DNA of 61,550 nucleotides, the filler included, from an uncultured bacterium (lineage in GTDB: Bacteria > Auribacterota > CAZIXI01): NCBI GenBank assembly GCA_964543115.1. It is 5 parts of 5 records of this genome, joined end to end, with 100 filler letters (N's around TTAATTAATTAA, not from the genome) between each part and the next. Parts side by side here need not be neighbours in the genome. Positions count along the whole stretch, not along the records: positions 37,069 to 49,308 come from CAZIXI010000086.1; positions 49,409 to 61,550 come from CAZIXI010000087.1; 3 more parts are not named here. One strand, given 5' to 3'. The translations under genes and the position numbers were made by a program. Under the pieces are notes generated by a model. It was not told the DNA's origin, made no database searches, and saw nothing but the letters and a program-made list of their open reading frames with translations. Below, piece by piece: positions 37,071 through 49,581 of the stretch (position 1 is its first letter; every line of letters begins with the position of its first letter).

Positions 37071-40000
37071 GTGACAGAGGTGTTGGCGTTTATCGTGAAA
37101 GCAGAAGCGTATTTGGCATTGCCGGTGGAAAGAAGAGAATGGCTGAAGGCAATGTTGTTACAGCTGGATTTTAACGAGCCTGAGCAGGAAAATAGGTTTC
37201 TGCCGGTAATTGAATTTATTGAAAAGTCCTGGAAAGGGCAGTTGGTGGATAAAAACGGTGTAGAAAAAGTAATTACCTTTATCCGCCAAAATCCTGATTA
37301 TCAGGGAGAAGCGGTACTGGATGTCGATGTACTGGTAGAAGCTGTTAATGAAAATTTGCATGCCAGGGAAAATAAGCTCATGCGGATATTGGCCGGAAAA
37401 ATTCCAGTTAAAGAAAAAAGGAAAGCATTGCTTAATACCCTAAAGAGAAATTTCTTTAATTTGGATAATCATGACCGTGGAGCAGGCAGAGAGGCTTATT
37501 GCCGATTGGCCAAGGAATGGATAACGGATGTTCAGGAACAGGAAGAATTACTTAATGAAATATCGCAGTTTTTTAATGATGATGATGTGCTTGTGTGTGG
37601 AACTGCGATAAAGATATACGCTGAATTGGCACTGTTTTGGCTGACTGATAATGCGAAACAGAGACAAGCGCTTGCTAAAATTAAGGAAAAATTTGATCGT
37701 GATATTCATGATTATATACGTATTTCTGCGATAGAAAGTTATTGTTGGCTAGCGCTGGCCTGGATAAGCGATGAGCAGGAGCGGGCGCAATTACTTGAAG
37801 AAATTAAACTGCATTTTTCTGTGCGGATAAGGAACTCCAGCCTTGTGGCATTGTCAGCCTACGATATTCTGGTTCGGGCCTGGACAACTGATAGGAACAG
37901 CCGTCGGCAAGCACTTAATGCGGTGATGAATGTAGTTGTAGAAACAGATGACATGGCACATTTTACTCGTCCGCTTGCGGCAGAGATCTATTGCCGTTTG
38001 GCACAAAGCTGGATTACAGATGAGCATGAACGGGAAGTGATCCTTAGCGGCATGCAAGAATGTTTTTCTGATCCTGACGTGTCCATTGCAAAGTGTGCAC
38101 TGAAAATGTATGGAGAATTGGCCCAGGCATGGATTACCGACCAGCGCAAGCAAGAACAGATACTTAAGGGAATGTTTAAACAATTCAAAAAACCGCATAT
38201 GAATATTGAATCAACAGCGGTTACTGTTTATACGAAATTAGCCGTTGCCTGGGTAGCTGATGCACAAAAACGGAATAAAATACTGCGAAAAGTAATAAAA
38301 AATATGGGCAAGAAAAATGAATTGGTGCGCAAATTCGCAGTACAGGTATATGGACAGCTGGTGCAGGCCTGGGTAACCAACAAAGATAGCCAAAAACAAA
38401 CACTGGCTAATTTAGAAATACTATTCAGCGATTCGGTTGAGGACATTTGCTTGTGGGCAATGGAGGCGTATTGCAGGCTAGTGCCGGTCTGGATCGAAGA
38501 ACAAGTAGAACGAAAAAAGATGTTTGGGAAATTGGATATGAAAATTGATCATGCCTTACTCTATCAGGTTCTTTCTTGCAGTGAAAAGCTGGCAGAGACC
38601 TACAGCAGCTTGGCGGTAATTGTCATTACTGATAAAGTTAAACAGGAGGATTTTCTTAACCGGCTGAAAAAACTATTTACTAAGTTTGATCCCTTTAAAC
38701 ATCAAAGAGCCATAGAAATATATGGGATGTTAGCCTCAACTTGGCTGACAGACAAAAAGCAGCAAAAAGACGCACTTGCCTGTGTAAGAGTAAAATTTAA
38801 AGATAAGGACCCAGGAGTGCGGAAAACTGCCGCGCAAACATGTGCAAAAATGTTAATTGGTTTTGGCGACGATTGGGTGAGAGAATTTATAGAAGAATTT
38901 ACAGCTAAAGACAGGGAAGAATTGGACGCAAATGAATTTATAATCTTTGATGAAGTAACGCGCTACGTAGCTGATATGGATGGAGGGAGTAAGTTGCGCG
39001 GCATTATAGAAGATGACAAGGATGATTTAGCAAGAGAAGGCAAACAAGGCCAGACTGAATTTCAGCCAGTAGTCTCCTCGCGGCTGGGGTTAAAACAAAA
39101 ACAGTCCGCGGAGGCGATAGATATGTTAGTAGATGAAGCGGATCAGGATAATGCTGTTTATGAAATGGTGAATGGGGAAGAGATTGCTGCCGCTGCTGCC
39201 AGGCTAAGAAAAACACACCCCAAACAATGGCAGGCCCTAAAAGAACGCACAAATGATTTTGAGTATTTCTACTTCTTCCGCAACCTGCCTTCAGCAGCGG
39301 GCATCTATGATTTGGGTGCTGATGTGAAAGAGGAAGAGCGTTATGTGTTTGCCCTGGATGCAGATCTGCGGGAGATGCTCAGTTCTGGAATATTGGAGCA
39401 GGGAGCCTTGGTGGATTTTTATTATCTGTTATTGGTGCATGAAGGGACGGAGCTAGTGCTGCGGGAAGAGCAGCCTAGTTGTGAAACCATTTCCCCTGAT
39501 CTACAGACAGAGGTGTTGGCGTTTATCGAAAAAGCCAAGGCATATTTGGGGATGTCTCCTGTAGACAGAGAAGGGTTAAAAGAATTATTGTCAGAACTTG
39601 ATAAAAATGAGCCGAATGAAGATGACCGTTTCTTGCCAGTAATAGAATTTGTGGAGACTCTAGGTGTGGGAGGCTTGGGAGATGAAGCGGGAATGCGGCA
39701 GGTAATTGACTATATCCTTAAAGATCCTGATTATCGCGGGCAAGAATTAAGTGCTGCGGATAAAGATAATTTGCTTCGTCAGGGCAAGAGACGGCAGAGA
39801 CAACTAAAGGGCGACGATCGTTTAATGCAATATTTTAATAAATACGTTACCGGTGGAAGAAGAAAAAGTCTTTTAAATCAATTGAAGGAAATGCTGGATA
39901 AAAGAGACGCACTGCGTGAAGATAGTTGGTTGAAGACATATGGCATGTTAGCGCGGCAATGGGTAGCGGATAGTAAGGAGCAAGGGCAAGTGCTTAGCGG

Positions 40001-43000
40001 AATCACAAATTGGTTTAGTAATCATGGTGATAATTTTCGCAAGCGGGCAGTTGAGGTTTTTGTCGCATTAAAGAAGGCCTGGACCAAAGGTGAGTCTCTA
40101 CAAGAGGCAGCATTAAGTGTGATCGCAGCTCATTTGGATAGACGGAAGGAGAATCTGCGGGGTTGTATTGTTACAGTTTATAGTAAACTAGCTTTAAGCT
40201 GGATAAAAGATGAGAAGGTGAGACAGCAGGTGCTGGCGGCGGTGGAAAAACGTTTAAAAGACACAGGTTCAACTTATCATTATCAGGCAGTTGAAGCCTA
40301 TGGTGATCTTGTTTACGCTTGGGTGACGGACGAAGATGAATGTGTCCGGATTCTGGCAAAAGTGCGGGAATTATTAACAGTGAGAAATGTGAATAGCAAG
40401 AAAAGTGTAGTGAAATTATACGGCCGTTTAGCGCATGCCTGGGTGACTGAACCAAAAGAACAGGAAGGAGCACTGGCGCAAATGGAAGAGCTGCTAGCTA
40501 GGACTGATCTGCATTGTCATGAGGCGTTGGCAGAGGCGTATTGCAAAATGGCTATTGCTTGCGTAAAGCAGGAAAACCGGCAAGATGAGATATTAGAAAG
40601 AATGAACAATTTGTTAACTGCTCAAGAAATAGCTGTTAGGAAACGAGCTGTGCTAGTTTGCGGGTATCTGGCTGTTGCCTGGCTGAAGGATAGCAAAAAA
40701 CAAAGGGAACTTTTATTGAAAATGGAGCAAATGTTTACTGGGGATGAGGATCAAACTCTACGTGAATATGCAGTAGAAGCCTATGGTTTAATGGCAATTA
40801 ACTGGATTAAAGAGGCGGCTGCTCAGATGGAGGCAATTCAAACGCTAAAAGAAATGCTAAAAGACAAGGAAGAGCAGAACCGCTTGAAGGCGCTAGAGCA
40901 TTACGTGAAACTGGCTGCTGCCTGGGTAACGCAAAGTAATGCGCAAAAGCTAGTGCTTGCGCAAATAGAAAGAGATTTTTTCTCTAAAAGCCATGTGCCT
41001 GCTATGGCAATCAAGGCTTATGTGGATCTAACGCTTAAATGGATAACCGATAAGAAAGAACAAGAAAAAGCCTTACAGGCCGTAAAAAGACTGTTTCGCC
41101 AGCGCTCCCGGGCCACGGAGATTCATGCCTCCAGAGAATACAGCCGCTTGGTTGTGGAAACAGCAACAGGAAAGGAAGAGCAGGAGGAAATTCTAGTAGA
41201 GCTTGAACAAATGTCTAATAGTGTTTTCCCTTCTGAACGATCATGCGCGGACAGGGTGCGCAAAATGTTGGCTTATTTCTTCTTCTCAGAAGAGTATTTT
41301 GATCAGTATGTTAAAGGAATATTGGATAAGCCATTCTTTACTGAAGATGATGTGAAAGATATAGGCAGATTAGTGGAAGTGATAAAAGATTATCAGCAGC
41401 AGGAAAAAAAGCAAACCACCACAGCCAGTGCAGTGGTTTCCTCCCGTTTGGGTTTAAAGAAAGAGCAGCCGCAAGGTAAGTTGGAAATACTTGTGGATGA
41501 AGAGGATATGGTCTCAGATATCTATGAAATGGTGAATAAGGAAGAGATTAGAGCGTCGGCGGCCAGACTGCAAAAAACACATCCCCGACAATGGCAGGCA
41601 TTAAAGGAAAAGACACATGATTTCGAGTATTTTTATTTCTTTCGTAATCTGCCTTCTGCGGCCGGCATATGCGATCTGGGAGAGGAATTTGAAAGAAAAG
41701 AACGCTATGTGTTTGCGCTTGATGCTGACCTGCGCGAGGTGCTTAGCGCCGGCAATTTGGATAAGCAGTCGCTGGTGGATTTCTATTATTTGCTGTTGGT
41801 ACATGAAGGCACAGAGCTGTTGCTGCGGGAAGAGAGGGACAGCGTTGAGACCATTTCACTTGATCTGGAAACAGAAGTAATTGCGTTTATTGAAAAAACA
41901 AAGGCGTATTTAGAGTTGCCTGCCGGACAAAGGCGGCGGCTGAAGGCGATGTTGATTAAGCTGGACAGTAATGAGTCTGATGAAGAAGATAGATTCATGC
42001 CAGTTATTGAGTTTATTGAGGAAATAGATGAAAATGAACTGGAAGAAAAAGAAACGATATTGAAAATAATAGAGTTTGTTCTGAGTAATCCGGATTATCG
42101 TGGTGTAGCTGTAACTGATCCAGGGACTATGGCGGAGAAGATTGCGGAGAAAATGAGCACAATAGCTCCAGCGTATGAGCGAATACTCTCAGAGGCTATG
42201 CCAGGTCAAGCAGAAAAAGAAGCATTACTGGCAAAAATGCAAGCAGGCTTCAAAGGTATTGAGGTTGATTTTCGCAAAACCGCAGCAGAGGCATATTATC
42301 GCCTGGCCCTGAAATGGGTGAAGGATAAAAAGAGGCAGGAAGAGCTGCTTGCTGAAATGAAAAGAAGGGCTCAGCCCCGAAATAGTGGTTGGCCTGCTTG
42401 TCTGGTTGCCTTAGAGATATATTATCGTTTAGCTGAGGAATGGGTGTCAGATAAAAATGAGCAGGCAAGGATATTTAATGAAATCAGGGGAAGATTCAAC
42501 AAGGATAATAATACTAATTATGAAAGCCAGATTGCTGTGGAAGCATATGCACGCTTAGCCTTAAAATGGATATCTAACAAGAAAAAACAACAAAAGGTGC
42601 TTTGGGAGCTAAGAGAAAGGCTTGGGTTTGGCGACTGGGGCGAGTTTCAGAGCGCAAAAAAGGCATATTACCAGGTGGTCCTGGCCTGGATAACTGATAA
42701 GGATGAACAAGCTGAGGAGCTGGCTGAAATAGAAGATATGATTATTAACGCCCGCTGGGATATTCGTTCAAAGGCAGTAGAGGTTTATGCTGAATTGGCC
42801 CGAAATTGGCTGTTTGAAGAAGATAAGCAGGAAGAAGTTCTTCAAAAATTAAAAGGATATTTTGCGGATGATGAATCAAAGCTGCACAATAGTGCAATAA
42901 AGGCCTATAGCGAACTAGCCGTGTGCTGGGTAACAGATAGAGGAAAGCAAAAGCAGGTGCTTAGTGCTTTTAAAGTAAAGCTTGCAATTGAAGACTGGAC

Positions 43001-46000
43001 AAATCTTCGGATTACGTTAGATGCTTTCAGAAGATTGGCCCTGGCCTGGATAATTGATGAGAATGAGCAGGCAGCAGCACTTGAGGCAATAAAAGAAAAA
43101 CTTGGACATAGATTTTTACCTGTAAATGACAGTGCGACAGCGGTGTATGGCAGCTTGGCCCGGAAATGGGTAACTGATAAGAAGAAACAAGCAAGAATTC
43201 TTAGTGAACTGAAAACAAAAATGGGGCCGGGGAATTCTGAGCATCAGCGAAGAAGCGCAGTATTTACGTACTATAGATTAGCCTTGGCCTGGGTAACTGA
43301 TAGGGGTAAGCAGTTGGAAGTGCTTAATGAAATAAAGGGCAAGCTGCGGGATGATGATAAATATGTTGAAGAGGCGGCAGTAATTGCTTACGGCAGGCTG
43401 GCTGCGGAATGGTTAACTGATAAGGATGCTCAAGTAGCAGCGCTTAAGACAATAAAAGAAACTTTTTGGGCCGAAAAACCCGCTCGTTGGAGGACAGGAG
43501 ATGCCTGCGGTAGGATGCTGGTTTATTTCGGCGGAAATTGGCTGGCCGAATTTATGCAGGAGATAAAAGGTAAAAATAAACTAGAGAAAGAAGATATGTC
43601 GATATTTATTGGAGTAATGAGAGCGTTAGCTGATCTGCCCGAAGAAAAGAAAGTGCTTGTGTCAGCAGCGCAAACGATTGTCTCTTCGCGTTTGGGATTG
43701 AAGCAGAAAGAGCCAATAGAAGTTGCGGAGATGTTAATGGACGAAATGGATCCAGATAATGCTGTTTATGAAATGGTAAATAAGGAAGAAATTGCCGTGG
43801 CTGTTGATCGCTTAGAAAGCAGATATCCTTTACAATGGTCCGCCTTGAAGAAACGCACCAATAATTTTGAGTATTTCTACTTTTTCCGCAATCTGCCCTC
43901 GGCTGCGGGAATCTATGACTTGGGTGCAGATGCACCTGAAGCGGAACGTTATGTATTTGCCCTGGACAGCGATTTGCGCGATGTGCTTGTCGCAGAGGGG
44001 CTTGATGGGGCAGCGCTAGTGGATTTCTTCTATTTGCTGCTGGTGCATGAAGGCACAGAATTACTGCTGCGGGAAAAATCGGGTGCTTGTGAAACCATTT
44101 CACCTGATTTAGAAACGGAAATAGTTGCCTTTATTGAGAAAACAAAGGCCTATTTTAGCATGACTGCCGAGCAAAGAGAACGGCTCATGCGGTTACTGAA
44201 GAAGTTTGACAGAAATGAACCGGACCAAGAGGATAGATTTATGCCGGTTATTGAGTTTGTTGAGACTCTGCCGGAAGAGCAACTAGAAAAAGAAGAAACT
44301 ATCTTAACAGTTATTGAGTTTATTCTCAATAATCCTGATTATGCTGATCTGGAGATAGACGACAGAAAAAAGATGGCAGTTTGTGTGGGCGAAAAGATTA
44401 TTGTTGATGAGAAAACAAGAGAAAAGATACTTAATGAGCTAATCGGCAGAATGAAAATAAGAGATCCGGAAGCGGTGGAAACCTATTGCCGGTTGGCTGA
44501 AGAATGGGTAAAGGAAGCTGACGAACAGCAAAAAATACTGAAGCAGCTGCGGAAGATAACTGATACAACAAGGCAGTCGTTTCATGGTCCAGGTATTCAG
44601 GATTCGCGTAAAAATGCCTTTGAGTGTTACTGCCGCCTGGCGCTTGCCTGGTTAACAGACAACAAAAAACAACAGCAGGTACTAAACGTAATAGCAAGTC
44701 GAATTTCCGATGGTGCTTATTGGGCCATGAGAAAGATGGCCCTGGATATGTACAGCAAACTGGCCCTGGCCTGGGTTCCGAGTAAGAAGAAACAAATAGA
44801 GGGACTTCGAGCAATTAAACGTGCTTTTAGTGATCCTACTTGGGATGTCCGCAGCACTGCGACAGAGTGTTATTGCCAACTGGCATTGGCTTGGGTAACT
44901 GATAATGACCGGCAGCGGAGTATTCTTTGGGCAGTAAAAAGGATTTTTAACAGCTCAGATAATAATATTCGCCCGTGTGCAGTAATGACTTATTGCCGTT
45001 TGGCCCGGGCTTGGCTGTCCGACAAACAGAAACGAAGAGCATTACTTGATGAAATATTTGCTGTGTTTAATATCAGGGGCTGGATGTTTAAGGAAAATGT
45101 GGGAAAAACATACAGCCGGCTGGCCCTGGATTGGATAACCGATAAAGATGAACAGGAACAAATATTAGTTAGCTTAAAAGATAAATTTTTTGATAGAGAT
45201 GGTTTTATCAGGCGTAATGTCGTTGAGGCCTACAGTCTGCTTGCCCTAGAATGGATAAGTGACGAAACAAGAAAAGAACAGATACTTGAGGTTATGAAGG
45301 AGAGAATGACAAGGTATGATAGTGATACTTATGCAAAGATGATGGCGATCAGTGCCTATGGAAGATTGGTACGTGCTTGGATAACTGACAAAAAAGAACA
45401 AGAAAAGGTATATCAAGAAATAGTGAAAGAAGCTGAAAGATGTGATTTTAGGGTAAAAATAGCAGCAAAAGCCTATTGTGAAGATTTAGCTCGTGAGTGG
45501 GGTATTGCTGAGGAAAATGGACAGCCTGTTGCTTCTTCACGCTTAGGCATTAAACATAAACAACCCACAGATCCAGTTGAGATGTTAATCAATACGGAAT
45601 TGATCACCGCTACTGATTATGAAATGGTAAATAAGGATGAAATAAGAAAAGCTATTGATAGGCTGGAGCAAACACATCCCCGGCAATGGTCAGTTCTTAA
45701 AAGACGCACGCATGATTTTGAGTATTTTTATTTCTTCCGCAATCTGCCATCCGCGGCAGGGATATACGATCTGGGCCCAGATTCTACTGAGGAACATCGC
45801 TATGTGTTTGCCGTGGATAGTGAACTCCGTGAGATGCTAAGCAAAAGTAGCCTGAATAGTGAAACCTTAGTGAATTTTTATTACTTACTGCTGGTGCATG
45901 AGGGTACTGAATTATTATTTAGGAGTAGTAGAAACAGTTGCCAGACCATTTCGCCGGAACTGGAATCAGAGGTTAATGCCTTTGCGGAAAAGGCGGCAGC

Positions 46001-49000
46001 GTATTTGAGGCTGCCGGCAGAACAAAGAGAACTGCTCAAGCAGTTGTTGCATCGGTTTGACCGTAATGAACCGGATGAGAAAGACAGGTTTATGCCGGTA
46101 ATAGAGTTTATTGAGCAACTGACAGAAAGCGAATCAGATAGTGAAAATATTGTTTTAAGAATAATTGATTTTATCCTCACTAATCCGGATTATACCAACC
46201 AGCATCTTGAACGGGTTGAGCGCGAAGCTTTGGCGAAAAGTATCGTTAAAAAAGATATTGATTTAATTGATCTACTTACCGCTAGCCTGTCTAAAAGCAA
46301 AAAGAAAAAACTGCTGAATGTTTTAAAAGATGGCTTGAAACATGATGGTGCTTCTGTCAGGGGGAAAATCATTACGGGATACAGCACTTTGGCTCAAAGG
46401 TGGGTGCGCGAAGAAGAAGATCAACGAGCAGTGCTTTCTGATATTGAAAAGTTTATTGGGGACGAAGATGAATATGTTGCTGAACGTTCGGCAGCTGCGT
46501 ATGCCGCGTTGGCCCTGTCCTGGATCAAGAAAAAAGAAGAGCAGGAGACACTGCTTAATGAACTGGCAATAAAAATGAATCATGATCAGAATCCGTATAT
46601 ATGTTTAAGTGCTCTAGATATCTTCGGAAAATTGGCGGAAGAATGGGTGACGGAATCAGGTAAGCAGTCGGCAGCATTAGCCGCGATATCACCTTTCTTA
46701 ACTAGTGCGGACCGGAGAGTACGCCAAAGGGCATTTTGGATACACAATTGTTTGGCGCGGAAATTCGCAGTTGAAAAAGAAGATAGAAAAAATGTTCTCC
46801 AGCAATGGGAGCGGGAATGTATGGATGCTTCCAACCGTATGGTGGATTCTGTGCTGCGGGGATACGAGATCCTGGTGCGGGAATGGGTAACGGAAGAAGC
46901 AGAACAGGTAAGAGTGCTGGAATTATTGGAAAAGAGAATACGTATGGAAGAAGAATATATCGGATCTGCATCAGAGGAAGTATATGAACAATTATTCGCT
47001 ACATATATTGATTTGGTTGAATTGTGGGGAAGGGATAGAGAAAAATTAAATAGCATGATTGCTGCTGTCAGCAGAAATTTGGCTGCAGAGGATTGGGATG
47101 TTCGTCAATGTGCGCTTGTGTGCTATGGCCAGCTCTCATTGATTTCGATAACAGACAAGAAAGAGCAGGCTAAGGTTCTCAAAAATATAGAGGCAGCACT
47201 TACGGACGAAAACGATATTGTGCGTTCAGTGGCAATAGGGATCTATCGGGAAATGCTCCTGGCCTGGGTAAAGGATAAGGATGCTCAGGGAGATGCACTT
47301 TTGAAGATTGTTAATGCTTTTAAGGATGATGAGGAAAATGCCCGGAAAGCGATAGAGACCTATGTTTTACTAGCTGATAAATGGATAAAAGATAAGGATA
47401 AACAAGATAGATTGTTTGAGGAATTAAAGAGAGAATTTACGGCAGATGATTTGCGAATGCGCCAAAAGTCATTGCTGGTATATGGCCGGTTGGCCAGAAA
47501 ATGGGTGACAGATAAGAAAAGGAAGGCAGAGATGCTCGCAAATATCAGACCGCTCATATTTGATGAAAATGAGGATGTTCGCCAAGCGGTAATCGAAGAA
47601 ACCAGTGAGCTGGCCATAAGTGCTTTGATTGACAATACAACAAAAGAAGATATTCTTAAAATGATAGAATTTTGTTTTAATGATGAAGCCCCTGTGGTCA
47701 GGCTGCTGGCGTTAAAAGCTTGCGGCCGGCTAGCGAAAAAGTGGGTAAAGGATGATGAGCGATTGGGAGAAATGCTAAAAAAAGTGCGCAAACGTTTTTT
47801 TGATAAGGGTACATATATAAGGCTGCAGGCAAGAAAAACATATACTTGCCTGCTAGCTGAAATCGGCCTTGACGAGTTAGCCAAATATTTAGAAGGCATT
47901 CTTGCCAATGCTGATCCCGATGAGCTGATGATAGTCAGCGATCTATTTGAGTATTTCGCCGAATCTGCCGAAGAAAAAGGAAAAATATTCTCAGGTCTTA
48001 AAAGCATAGCAAAAAGCAAAGAAGCCTCTATGGCGGAGTATGCAAGCGCGGTCGTTTCTTCCCGCCTGGGTATAAAACATACAAAGCCTGCTGGAAAGGT
48101 AGAGATGCATATAGATGAAACGGATCCTGATTCTACGGTTTATGAAATGGTGAATAAAAAAGAAATTGCTGACGCCGCTGCCAAATTAAAAGAAACTCAT
48201 CCGCAGCAATGGGCAGCCCTGGAAAAACGAACACATGATTTTGAATATTTTTATTTCTTTAGCAATCTTCCTTCGGCGGCGGGACTCTATGATTTGGGAG
48301 CAGGGGAGGATGAGGCTGACCGCTATATTTTTGCGCTGGATGCTGATCTGCGTGAGGTGCTCAGTTCCGCAGGGTTGGATAGAGAGGCCCTAATTAATTT
48401 CTACTATCTATTACTTGTACATGAAGGCACGGAACTGCTGCTGCGGGAAGGAAGGGATAGCGCGGAAACCATATCGCCTGATCTGGAAACTGAAATAATA
48501 GCCTTTTTGGAAAAAACGAAAACCTATCTGGATCTGCCGGTTGAACAGAAAGAAATGCTGAAAATTTTACTGCAGCAATTAGATGCAAATGAACCACTTG
48601 TGGAAGACAGGTTTATGCCAATAATTGAGTTTATTGAAAGCCTGGCCGAAAGCGAGTTGGATGAGAAACAGATAATATTGAAAGTGATGGATTCCATTCT
48701 CAGTCATCCTGACTATAGCGGTCAAGAACAAGAGGAAAAAGAAAAACAAGAAGTGGTTGATAAAGTAAAAGTTTTTTGCGGGAGATTAAGTGAAAATATT
48801 TTTTCAAGCTGCCTCGCAGGACATTTTCCGCTTGTGGAAAGAAAAGAGATACTCGATAAGATAGAAAATGCTACCAGCGCAATTGTTGATCAGAATGGAT
48901 TATGGACAGAAGGAGAGTACGAGGCCATCGGCGCAGTGCAGGTATATGCCAGAATAGCGAGGGAAACTGCAGTCAGTCAAGAAGAGCAGAGAAAAGTACT

Positions 49001-49308
49001 TAGTCATTTAAAAGATCTTCTTGGTGTGAAAAACCGTGCTGTGCGTAAGCAGGCGGTGCAGGCATACACCCGGTTAGTGGCAGAGTGGGTGACAGATAAT
49101 AACCAGCGCGAAAAAGTCTTTGCTGCCGTAAGCAACCTGTTTGGAGACGAACAACAAGAGGTGTCTTTAGCAGCGGTTAGGTCCTATCGTGAACTGGCGA
49201 TTGCCTTTATTCAAGATGGAAAAAAACAAAAGCAGGTACTGGAGCAGCTGGAAGATATTTTCACAGAGAGCGATTCAGCTGTTCAGGCTAGCCTCAATGT
49301 GCCGCTTA
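37071..49308 (+). CDS. Fragment (>4079 aa, open at both ends) of a giant protein of alternating HEAT-like solenoids and a conserved ~220-aa HExxE module
   Basis: A single stop-free frame spans the whole contig. It begins mid-module (TEVLAF..., cf. DLQTEVLAF in later copies) and ends at the gap. Confidence 0.92.
39072..48720 (+). repeat. Five full diverged copies (plus a partial at 37071) of the ~220-codon module
   Basis: (V/A)SSRLG starts at 39072, 41436, 43680, 45531, 48054; HEGTE His codons at 39438, 41802, 44046, 45897, 48420; each copy ends ILxxPDY. Confidence 0.95.
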
Positions 49309-49408
49309 NNNNNNNNNNNNNNNNNNNNNNNNNNNNNNNNNNNNNNNNNNNNTTAATTAATTAANNNNNNNNNNNNNNNNNNNNNNNNNNNNNNNNNNNN
49401 NNNNNNNN
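49309..49408. other. Artificial contig-joining spacer
   Basis: 44 N + TTAATTAATTAA + 44 N. Confidence 0.98.
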
Positions 49409-49522
49409 TTCTATCGAACCGCCGTAGAGGCCCAGGTTGTCCCAGTCCTCCAGGCAGTAACCGTTTACTGCCAGTAAACAACAAACAATAACAATGACAC
49501 TAAACAACATTTCCCTTTTCAT
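49409..49522 (-). CDS. N-terminus of a paralog of the 1152-aa surface protein, 3'-truncated; not in ORF track
   Basis: GGAAGGAG RBS; MKREMLFSVIVIVCLLAVNGYCLEDWDNLGLYGGSIE matches ..ACCLENWQNLGLYGGKV of the upstream gene. Confidence 0.85.
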
Positions 49523-49581
49523 GCACACTCTCCTTCCGTTAGGTTACAGTTATATATATTAAATTTACCGTTAACTAAAAA

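Noticed and set aside
39072..48720. Regularly spaced conserved DNA blocks as a CRISPR array or IS copies
   Set aside because: The blocks are ~650 nt, in-frame, differ mainly at synonymous sites, and have no terminal repeats, transposase or cas genes; they are protein domain repeats.
12009..49364. ORFs in the track ending in X runs or 'LIN' (12009-12320, 24435-24671, and the ends of 23897-24679 and 37071-49364)
   Set aside because: These termini are translations of the spacer; the real genes are truncated at the gaps.
12273..49408. TTAATTAATTAA repeated four times at ~12.3-kb periodicity
   Set aside because: It sits in the centre of N runs and is a six-frame-stop linker added during concatenation. 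The periodicity only reflects contigs sorted by size.
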